Source: a bacterium (GTDB lineage Bacteria > CALINM01). Taken from it: DNA of 27,572 bases. The notes under the pieces were generated by a model. It saw nothing but the letters and a program-made list of their open reading frames with translations. It ran no database searches and had not been told where the DNA came from. The translations under genes were made by a program, and so were the position numbers. This document shows, in pieces, positions 19,815 through 27,572 of this stretch (within the stretch, counting starts at the first letter, position 1; each line of letters begins with the position of its first letter). The stretch spans positions 1,923 to 29,494 of the forward strand of contig JBEQAF010000019.1 of assembly GCA_041640455.1 (NCBI GenBank), in the 5' to 3' direction.

Positions 19815-20903
19815 TTATATTTTATCAAGCTCTTTTTCTCTAAAAGTAGCAACAGGTAGCTCTTCATTCCAGCTCCTTCCTGGCTCGTAGTCAAATATTT
19901 TCTGAGTTTCTTCGCCAATAAAGCTGAAAATTCTTGTCAACCTGATTCCCGTAGGGCATGAGCTTTCGCACATGCCGCAGGACACACAGGATGTGCTCAT
20001 ATGATTAAGGCGAGTCAGATGGAATATAAGCATATCTGCTGGTAGTCTGACCTCACCCTTTCTTTCAAGCCAGATATTATAATTTTCAGAAGGATGATCA
20101 AACACAGGCGACCTGAATACGCACTCCTTGCAGTAATCCATAGGGCAGTTTACCATACAGTTATGACATCTTATACAGCCGTCAAGCTCTTTAAGAAAGG
20201 CATCTATCTGGTTAACCTCTTTAGAAAAAATCTCCCTTTCCAATGCTCTTTTACCCGCTCTTTTGTCCAAAATGGTCTTTAACTTCTGGTCATAGACTGA
20301 AAAATCTACCTCCGCAAGCTCAAGCCCAATAGACTGCATAAAGATTTTTCCTTTTTCGGTAAGAGGCTCAAGATAATTATCAACTCCAAAGCTTCTTATC
20401 CTTATATCAGAAAGCTTGGGGGCTAATTTATCGCAGATTGAACAGGCATACCTGTTATCCGAAAAATCATTAAAAGAATTTAGAGAAGCTAATGATTCAT
20501 CAACAGGATTTTTTCCGTTATTGATTCTGCTTCTGTAATCGGTCACTTCCAGAACTCCAGGACAGTCAAAGGAGATAAAAAACAGATTATCTGGCACTAT
20601 CTGTTTAAGCTTAACGAGCTCTACAACAGCCCTCATCTCACAGGGCTTTAAAATACATAAAACTTTTAGATTATTTTCTGTAAATTTAATGTTAGAGATT
20701 ACCCTTGAGGCTTGAACGGGCATCAAAGGAGCAAATATCATTAGTCTGTCAATATCCGGTACCTTACTGGTTACGCCTAAATGGGGGGTTAAAGTCCCCT
20801 CTGCAAAAATCCCCAACACACTATCAAAATAATTTTCCTGTAATGATTTTTTTACTATCTCTTTTATCTCTTCTCTGTTTTTTATTTTATAAGCTAAACT
20901 CAT
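19815..20903 (-). CDS. FdhB/FrhB-family (FlxC-like) iron-sulfur protein
   Basis: KPCEMRAVVEL, FDCPG, RYACSIC, CIRCHNCMVNCPMDYCKEC, CVSCGMCESSCP; follows mvhD. Confidence 0.75.
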   Translation of the reverse strand: MSLAYKIKNREEIKEIVKKSLQENYFDSVLGIFAEGTLTPHLGVTSKVPDIDRLMIFAPLMPVQASRVISNIKFTENNLKVLCILKPCEMRAVVELVKLKQIVPDNLFFISFDCPGVLEVTDYRSRINNGKNPVDESLASLNSFNDFSDNRYACSICDKLAPKLSDIRIRSFGVDNYLEPLTEKGKIFMQSIGLELAEVDFSVYDQKLKTILDKRAGKRALEREIFSKEVNQIDAFLKELDGCIRCHNCMVNCPMDYCKECVFRSPVFDHPSENYNIWLERKGEVRLPADMLIFHLTRLNHMSTSCVSCGMCESSCPTGIRLTRIFSFIGEETQKIFDYEPGRSWNEELPVATFREKELDKI

Positions 20904-20914
20904 CTCTATCCCCT

Positions 20915-21343
20915 TTATACTGCCATTGATTTAAGAGGGTTTGGTCCCTTCTTTTTCAGATAATCAACCATCTCTGTTACGGTAGCAGCAAATTTTTTCC
21001 CTTCACTTGCTGAAATCCATCTTAGCCACACTCTATCATCATCAAAACCAAGTCTTTGCAATATTTTTTTCAATATGGCTACCCTTCTTCTTGCCTTAAA
21101 GTTTCCAGACTGATAATGGCAGTCTCCAGGGTGACAGCCACCGATAAGCACTCCGTCTGCCCCTTCAAGCAGGGCTTTCATAACATACACCATATCCACT
21201 CCGCCAGAACACATCATCCTGATAACCCTAATATTAGGCGGATACTGAATCCTTGCTGTGCCAGCAAGATCTGCCCCTGTATAAGTACACCAGTTGCATA
21301 AAAAACCAATGATCTTGGGCTCGAAATCCTTCTGTTCAGACAT
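20915..21343 (-). CDS. mvhD: MvhD/FlxD [2Fe-2S] adaptor subunit
   Basis: FLCNWCTYTGADLAG, RMMCSG, GADGVLIGGCHPGDCHY, WISASEG. Confidence 0.95.
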   Translation of the reverse strand: MSEQKDFEPKIIGFLCNWCTYTGADLAGTARIQYPPNIRVIRMMCSGGVDMVYVMKALLEGADGVLIGGCHPGDCHYQSGNFKARRRVAILKKILQRLGFDDDRVWLRWISASEGKKFAATVTEMVDYLKKKGPNPLKSMAV

Positions 21344-21354
21344 ATTACCCCCGG

Positions 21355-23934
21355 TTAAATATAGTAATCTATAGTTTTTAGCATGCTTTTATGTTCAAAA
21401 AGCCTGTGCTGTGAAGCCTTATTGGCACAAACCATGGCACAGGTGCCACATCCTTCACAAAGGGTCTCATCAACAACTGCGATCTTCTCCTCATCTGACA
21501 TATACCTTGCCGATACAGGACATGCCTTTATACAAAGCTCGCAACCACAACAGTATTTAAAGTTTACGAAGGCAGTGTTAAATCTCATAGATATTTCTCT
21601 GTTTAGCATCTTTACAGCAACTCTTACTGGCAGGGCTTCCGATTGTTTAATAATATCGTCCGTATACAAAGGATTAAGACAAAGTCCAGTTGCATAAATG
21701 CCAGGTTTAATATCCATAAGTCCTGATTTTTTATTATAGGGAGATAAAAAACCATCCAGTGTTTCAAGATTAAAAATATTTTTTATCTCTGAGGTCACAG
21801 GATCTATGCCCGTTGATAGTAGCATATAGTCTGAATTTATATTAAACTCTTCCCCTGTTCCCTCTTCTATTACTTTAACCTTAATTAAGCCGTTATTTTT
21901 TAATACTTCAGGCTCCTTTTGCATTCTGATAAAGCTAATCCCTTGAGCCCTTGCAGATCTGTAAAGATTTTCCCTGTATCCAAAAGTCCTTACATCTTTA
22001 TGGATAATATAAATCTCTATATCAGGATTGGATTCCTTTAGTTTTAAAGCATTTTCAATAGCCTTTGTACAGCACACTCTGTAGCAGACAGGATTCTCCT
22101 CTGTTCTTGAGCCGGCACATTGAAGCATTACAATAGTTTTAGCCTTTATAAGCTCATTGTACCTTTTTTCAAAATCAAAGAATGAAAAGACCCTATCATT
22201 GTCTTCAAAACCATAGACATTTCTTCTTTCTTCGCCACCTGTCGCTATAATTATTGCGCCGCAATTTATGGTTCTTTTTTCTCTATCTGATTCCACATTT
22301 AATTTAAAATCTCCAAATCTTCCAGAAAAGCTCTTTAATCCGAAACCCTTAAGCACTTCAATTTTGTTTTCTTTTTCAACCCTTTCAATCAGATTTGAAA
22401 TAAACTCTTTTCTTGAGGGTAGATTTATTAATCTTCCTCCAAGATTTTCTGATCGTTCAATAATCGTAACATCAATTCCCATTCTCGAAAGCCTTAAAGC
22501 AGAATAGATACCAGCAAGCCCACCCCCAACAACTGCAACTCTCTGATCTATCTTTCTTACAGGATATCTGTGACGCTGAACAGATCTGATTCTCTGGATT
22601 GCTGACCTTATCTCTTCAATCAGATTGTTAGTTTTCAATGGTATTGTAATAAACGAGTCCCTATGGATACCAAAATTGCCATTCTGTTCAGCCTTTGCCC
22701 CATAAAGTCTGATATCATCCACAACGAGGCATAAACCATCTATGCCGTTTTCTTTTATAAAATATTCGAGCTCCATCAGGTCTTTCAAATTTATAATTTC
22801 AGGAAAATGCTCTCTTAATCGTTTGTAATCCTCTTCCTGAAGATTTATGGTAGCAATTCCGATTTTTTTTGCCTTTTGATGCTTTATCTGCGGAATTGAA
22901 AGCTCTTTTTTCTTAAAGTCATATCTTTCAGATATGAGAGCAGCAATATAGGCTCCATCAGTTACCGCATCGGGAATATCCATAGGCTCAAAGGCTGTTC
23001 CCGCAATGAATAACCCCTCCTCAATCTCTCTGTTTTCGAAAGGCTTTTCTTTAAACTGATCAAAGTTTATATTTAGTCCCTTTAGAAGCCTCTCGGTAGT
23101 CTTTTTAAAATCAGCCCCCTGAGAAAGTACAGCAAAATCAAAGGTATCTTCAACGGCATCCCCATTTTTTGTATATAAAATTTCCAGTTTACCAGTAGCT
23201 GGTCTTTTTCTAATAGCGGCTACTGCGCTTCTTATAAAATTTATTCCCATAGCCTTAGCGGTGTTATAATATCTTTCGTAATCCTTTCCAAAAGCTCTAA
23301 TATCCATATAGAAGATGGTAATGTCAAGCTCTGGCTTAATCTCTTTAAGCAGCATTGCCTGTTTTATGGCAAACATGCAGCAGAAAGAGGAGCAGTAAGG
23401 TTTTCCGATTCTCAAGTCCCTGGATCCCACACATTGCACATAGGCGATCCTTTTATGATTAAAATCATACATATGGGCTCTAATCTGATAAATTAGCTTT
23501 TCCATATCAAGCGCAGAGGTTACATTTTCATAAATACCACCACCAAGCTCAGGTTTATGGGATATATCAAAGGTATCATAACCTGATGCCAACACCACAT
23601 TATTCGAAGAGATCTCATGAACTTCATCGTTAGCTTCATAGATTATCTTGTAACCATTATCAATCTTTTTAATCTGCTTAATATCTGCATTTGTTACAGT
23701 TTCGATATTTTCATCCCTTTCAAGCTCTATATAGGGACAGTAAGCAGGATAATCGGGCTTCATAAAACAAACGCCACAGGAGTTTGTGGGAAACTGCATC
23801 TCAAGGGTGGGAAAATATCCACCCAGTTTTTCGTTTCTTTCTAAAATCAGAGATCTAATCCCAAGCCTGGAGAGATGAAAAGCTGTTGAGCTTCCTGCAA
23901 AACCTGAACCTATGATAACTACCTGTCTATCCAT
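21355..23934 (-). CDS. Tandem (two-flavin-module) HdrA-like protein
   Basis: GSGFAG + QCVGSRD..YCSSFCC in first half; GGGLAG + QCAGSR..CYRVCC in second half; C-terminal CCGCELCIKACP and CEGCGTCAMVC. Confidence 0.85.
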   Translation of the reverse strand: MDRQVVIIGSGFAGSSTAFHLSRLGIRSLILERNEKLGGYFPTLEMQFPTNSCGVCFMKPDYPAYCPYIELERDENIETVTNADIKQIKKIDNGYKIIYEANDEVHEISSNNVVLASGYDTFDISHKPELGGGIYENVTSALDMEKLIYQIRAHMYDFNHKRIAYVQCVGSRDLRIGKPYCSSFCCMFAIKQAMLLKEIKPELDITIFYMDIRAFGKDYERYYNTAKAMGINFIRSAVAAIRKRPATGKLEILYTKNGDAVEDTFDFAVLSQGADFKKTTERLLKGLNINFDQFKEKPFENREIEEGLFIAGTAFEPMDIPDAVTDGAYIAALISERYDFKKKELSIPQIKHQKAKKIGIATINLQEEDYKRLREHFPEIINLKDLMELEYFIKENGIDGLCLVVDDIRLYGAKAEQNGNFGIHRDSFITIPLKTNNLIEEIRSAIQRIRSVQRHRYPVRKIDQRVAVVGGGLAGIYSALRLSRMGIDVTIIERSENLGGRLINLPSRKEFISNLIERVEKENKIEVLKGFGLKSFSGRFGDFKLNVESDREKRTINCGAIIIATGGEERRNVYGFEDNDRVFSFFDFEKRYNELIKAKTIVMLQCAGSRTEENPVCYRVCCTKAIENALKLKESNPDIEIYIIHKDVRTFGYRENLYRSARAQGISFIRMQKEPEVLKNNGLIKVKVIEEGTGEEFNINSDYMLLSTGIDPVTSEIKNIFNLETLDGFLSPYNKKSGLMDIKPGIYATGLCLNPLYTDDIIKQSEALPVRVAVKMLNREISMRFNTAFVNFKYCCGCELCIKACPVSARYMSDEEKIAVVDETLCEGCGTCAMVCANKASQHRLFEHKSMLKTIDYYI

Positions 23935-23937
23935 AAC

Positions 23938-24777
23938 CTATCCTTTAATCTCCTTTAGCTTTTTAACCAGATTCGACGGGTCAACCAGATGCTTTTTCCA
24001 CCAGATATCCTTATCTACACCCATCGCTATGCCGATTATCTCAGTGAAATAAAAAACAGGAAAATTCAGATTCTGTCTCATTTCAAGGTTTGCCTGACAG
24101 AGCGGGCAGGCTGTCACTATGGCTTCACTACCTGCTTCTTTAGCATAGCTGATTATCTTATCCACAAGTTTTGACACTATTGCCGAATCAGCAAGACTTA
24201 AGTCTCCACCACAGCAAAAATTTTTCAGGGGCCACTCAACTGTCTCAATCCCAAGATCATTTAATATAGTATCTATAGACTTTGGCAGTTCAGGATGTTC
24301 ATTTCTTAAAACCTCTTCGGGTCTGAGAAAGGCACAGCCGTAATAGGCTGCTACCTTTAAGCTGCCTTTAAATTTGTTACTTCTTAAAACCCCTCTTATC
24401 TCATCCTTTAAAAAGAGATTCATTAATGGATAAATCTCTGGTAGATAATCAAATTTACAGTTTAGCTCCTTTTCAACCTCTAACCTTTTTTTATTGTCTT
24501 CTATGGCACGTTTTGCTTTCATTAAGTTGTTATAACAACCTGCGCAGGGGACATAAATATCACTTTTTAGACTACATGCGTTTCTAATATTTCTTGCCGG
24601 TATTAAAATAGAAAGTCTGTGATCAAGGCTTTTTGCTGATGCAGCGCCACAGCAGTTCCAGTCAGGAATCTCATTTACTTTAATATTAAGTTTTGAGAGC
24701 ACAGTAAGAGTTGAATCTCCATACTCAAAAGCAGTGGTTTTTAATGTACAGCCAGGGTAATAGGTTATCTCCTGCAT
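23938..24777 (-). CDS. hdrB: Heterodisulfide reductase subunit B-like (two CCG domains)
   Basis: YYPGC, WNCCGA, PCAGC, YYGC, FCCGG, ACPLCQANL. Confidence 0.93.
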   Translation of the reverse strand: MQEITYYPGCTLKTTAFEYGDSTLTVLSKLNIKVNEIPDWNCCGAASAKSLDHRLSILIPARNIRNACSLKSDIYVPCAGCYNNLMKAKRAIEDNKKRLEVEKELNCKFDYLPEIYPLMNLFLKDEIRGVLRSNKFKGSLKVAAYYGCAFLRPEEVLRNEHPELPKSIDTILNDLGIETVEWPLKNFCCGGDLSLADSAIVSKLVDKIISYAKEAGSEAIVTACPLCQANLEMRQNLNFPVFYFTEIIGIAMGVDKDIWWKKHLVDPSNLVKKLKEIKG

Positions 24778-24779
24778 CT

Positions 24780-25295
24780 TTACCTCATAATCCTTTTTAT
24801 CTCATCCAATCCCTTAATTCTGTGAATTTTTAAAGGGATCTTACCTTTAAGAAACATCTTTAATCCTATTCCAAGATCGCTAAAAAAATCTTTTGTTCTT
24901 AGCTTAAACTCAGCCAGCATGGTAGCCTCATTTACTATACCAAACCTTTTTATGCTGTTTAAAAAAGAGATATGAATATCCAGAGCTGGCTTTACAGCAG
25001 CTGAAAGCCCCTTTTTATAAACTCTTTCTCTCATAAACTCATTAATTTTTCCTACACTAATAAGATTGGGACAACGGCTTCCGCAGGTCTCACAGCCGGT
25101 ACAAACCCAGATAGTTTTAGATTTTAAAATCTCCTCTTCCTGTCCTGTTATAACCTTCCTGACCATAAGATCGGGTTTTATATCCATAAAAGCTGATACC
25201 GGGCAGGTAGCTGTACACTTCTGACACTGGTAACAAAGTTTTAGATCCTGCTCTGTATGAGCGTTTACCTCTGAAAGTAATATCTTTTCTGACAT
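24780..25295 (-). CDS. hdrC: Heterodisulfide reductase subunit C-like
   Basis: CYQCQKCTATCP and IWVCTGCETCGSRCP; between hdrA and hdrB. Confidence 0.92.
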   Translation of the reverse strand: MSEKILLSEVNAHTEQDLKLCYQCQKCTATCPVSAFMDIKPDLMVRKVITGQEEEILKSKTIWVCTGCETCGSRCPNLISVGKINEFMRERVYKKGLSAAVKPALDIHISFLNSIKRFGIVNEATMLAEFKLRTKDFFSDLGIGLKMFLKGKIPLKIHRIKGLDEIKRIMR

Positions 25296-27244
25296 TATAG
25301 ATACCTCTCAACCATTGACATGTATGTCTGAGGTTTGGCATTTCTTAAACTGCTTGCCTTGTTTGGACAAACCGACACACAGGCACCACAGCCCTGACAG
25401 AGCGCTTCATTAACCATACTAATCTTTTCTTCTGTATCAAGCTGTCTCGCATCAAAAGGACAGGCAGAAACACATAAACCGCAGCCACTACATAGATCAC
25501 AATCCACGCAGGCAACCAGTGGTTCCTGAACCATCTTTTCCTGACCAAAAAGTGAGAGTACCTTAGATGCAGCAGCGCCTGCCTGTGCAACCGTATCGGG
25601 GATATCTTTCGGTGCCTGAGCGCAACCAGCTAAGTAAATGCCTCCAGTCATACTCTCAACGGGTTTTAACTTTATATGGGCTTCGCTGAAAAAGCCATAT
25701 TCATCAGTAGAGGTTCTGAGAATCTTTGCGAGCTCCTTTGCGCCTTCCGAAGGAACTACAGCAGAACCAAGAACCACCATATCTGCCTTTATCTCAACCT
25801 TTTTCCCGGATAGAGTATCAACACCCCAGACCACAAGTTTATCTCCCTCCTGAAAGATCCTTGCCACCCTACCTCTTATATACAGAAGATTTGCCTCTTC
25901 CATAGACTGCTGAATAAACTCCTCATAACCCTTACCAAATGAGCGGATATCCATATAAAACAGATATGCCTGCCCATCAGAAACCTTATGTTTGTAAAGT
26001 CTTGCATGTTTACCAAGATACATACAACAAACTCTTGAACAGTAGGGGATTCCTTTTTCAGGATCTCTCGACCCAACACATTTTATAAATACAACCTCTT
26101 TTGGAATCTTACCATCAGAGGGTCTTCTTATCTCTCCACCAGTAGGACCGGATGCAGAGTTTAGCCTTTCAAACTGAAGCCCATCTATCACATCAGGATA
26201 CATACCGTAGCCATATTCAGGAATTTTATCCACCTCAAGGATATCATAACCAGTTGCTACTATTATGGCGCCCACCTTCTCTTCCACTATCTCATCTTTC
26301 ATCTCATAGTTTATTGCCTGAACAGGACAGATCTTTTCGCAGACCCGGCATTTGCCTTCTCTGAAAAATCTGCAGCTTTCCCTGTCTATTATTGGTTTAT
26401 TCGGAACTGCCTGAGGCGAAAGAGTATAAATTGCTTTTCTTTCTCCAAGCTCCCTGTCAAATTCGGAAGATGTTTTAGAAGGACATTTCTCCTGACAGAG
26501 CCCGCAGCCTGTGCATTTAGACCAGTCCACATAGGATGCTTTTTTTCTAATTTTCACATCAAAATTACCAATGTAACCCTTAACCTCTTCCACCTCTGAA
26601 TAGACCATAAGTTTAATCCTGGGATGTCTTCCCGCCTCGACGGTTTTTGGAGTTAATGTACACTGAGCGCAGTCAAGTGTTGGGAATGTTTCAGAAAGCT
26701 GAAGCATCTTACCGCCGATAGAATGTCTTTTTTCTACCAGTATTACCTCATATCCTGCATTGGCAATATCAACCGCCGCAGTAATTCCTGCAATCCCTCC
26801 GCCTATTACCAAAGCCCTTTTGGTTATTTCAAACTCTATGGGCTGTAAGGGCTCATCCTTTTTTACCTTCTCAAGCATTACTTTGATAATATCAATAGCC
26901 TTTTCCGTAGCCTTTTCCTTATCTTTCTGATGAACCCAGCTACACTGCTCCCTGATATTTGCTATCTCAACCTGGTAGGGGTTAAGACCCGCTGCAAGAG
27001 CCGCATTTCTAAAGGTTATCTCATGCATTCTTGGAGAACAGCAAGCGACCACAACGCCGTTTAACTCTCTTTCCACTATGGCATCTCTAAGCTTTTTCTG
27101 ACCTGGCTCAGAGCACATATATTTATAATCATCAGAGATCTCAACACCTTCCATGCCAGAAAAATAATTTTTTACCTTCTCAATATTAACAGTTCCCGCA
27201 ATATTGCTACCGCAATGACATATATAAAGTCCTATCTTCTTCAT
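25295..27244 (-). CDS. hdrA: Heterodisulfide reductase subunit A (canonical architecture)
   Basis: ICHCGSNI, ACCSP, NIREQCSW, GGGIAG, FPTLDCAQC, inserted ferredoxin, CVGSRD..YCSRVCCMYLGK, C-terminal ferredoxin. Confidence 0.96.
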   Translation of the reverse strand: MKKIGLYICHCGSNIAGTVNIEKVKNYFSGMEGVEISDDYKYMCSEPGQKKLRDAIVERELNGVVVACCSPRMHEITFRNAALAAGLNPYQVEIANIREQCSWVHQKDKEKATEKAIDIIKVMLEKVKKDEPLQPIEFEITKRALVIGGGIAGITAAVDIANAGYEVILVEKRHSIGGKMLQLSETFPTLDCAQCTLTPKTVEAGRHPRIKLMVYSEVEEVKGYIGNFDVKIRKKASYVDWSKCTGCGLCQEKCPSKTSSEFDRELGERKAIYTLSPQAVPNKPIIDRESCRFFREGKCRVCEKICPVQAINYEMKDEIVEEKVGAIIVATGYDILEVDKIPEYGYGMYPDVIDGLQFERLNSASGPTGGEIRRPSDGKIPKEVVFIKCVGSRDPEKGIPYCSRVCCMYLGKHARLYKHKVSDGQAYLFYMDIRSFGKGYEEFIQQSMEEANLLYIRGRVARIFQEGDKLVVWGVDTLSGKKVEIKADMVVLGSAVVPSEGAKELAKILRTSTDEYGFFSEAHIKLKPVESMTGGIYLAGCAQAPKDIPDTVAQAGAAASKVLSLFGQEKMVQEPLVACVDCDLCSGCGLCVSACPFDARQLDTEEKISMVNEALCQGCGACVSVCPNKASSLRNAKPQTYMSMVERYL

Positions 27245-27303
27245 TAAAAAACTCCTTTAACCTTATTCACAAGTATCCTTATAGCACTTGTCTTATTTTT
27301 CAT

Positions 27304-27572
27304 TTAGATCAAACCCTTTTCTTTAAGGAGCGGGATGGGCGATATAACATTCTTTTCAAAACCTAAGACCGATAGGGGGAGATCAAGGGCAAGTCCTATT
27401 ATCTGGGTAAGATAAAAAACTGGTATGGGTTTGAAGTCTATATTTTTTTCTGCCATCTCTTTTTGTCTCGCATCAAGATTGTAATGGCAGAGAGGACATG
27501 AAGTTAAAAGCGCCTCAGCTCCGCAGATTCTGGCAGAATTAAGTATTCTCATTGAGCAGTCAAGGGATGCAG
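27304..27572 (-). CDS. hdrB: Second HdrB-like subunit, 3' fragment (frame open to window edge)
   Basis: TSCPLCHYNLDARQ, PVFYLTQIIGLAL typical of HdrB C-terminus. Confidence 0.88.
   Translation of the reverse strand, partial: ASLDCSMRILNSARICGAEALLTSCPLCHYNLDARQKEMAEKNIDFKPIPVFYLTQIIGLALDLPLSVLGFEKNVISPIPLLKEKGLI

Noticed and set aside
14251..27244. Selenocysteine recoding in hydrogenase, MvhD or HdrA
   Set aside because: All usual Sec positions are Cys codons and the ORFs are uninterrupted; the large subunit ends at TAG after the L2 motif
27208..27303. Small ORF starting right after the hdrB stop, and an ACAAGT-N11-ACTTGT hairpin in the same spacer
   Set aside because: ORF overlaps the hdrA start out of frame with no supporting features; a 6-bp stem is too weak to call

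Overview
AT-rich bacterial chromosomal segment, probably from an anaerobe (the ribosomal proteins look Desulfobacterota/deltaproteobacteria-like, low confidence). Left third (minus strand): tRNA-Thr/Tyr/Gly/Thr - tuf - complete S10 cluster - start of the spc cluster (rpsJ to partial rpsH). Middle: a dGTPase, and a divergent thioesterase - DUF362 Fe-S protein - PAS hybrid histidine kinase unit. Right half (minus strand): a redox cluster hdrB(partial)-hdrA-hdrC-hdrB-tandem hdrA-like-mvhD-fdhB/flxC-like-frdB-like-frdA-like ending in a terminator, followed by a separately promoted membrane-bound group 1 [NiFe] hydrogenase operon. The best candidate for an undescribed system is the Hdr/MvhD complex ending in an anchorless, non-covalent-FAD fumarate-reductase-family module. 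Also notable: a hybrid tufB-upstream/tufA-downstream arrangement with anomalous tuf codon usage, and the same motif at both window ends in inverted orientation. No mobile elements or CRISPR arrays were seen. All calls come from reading motifs by eye; no searches were run.
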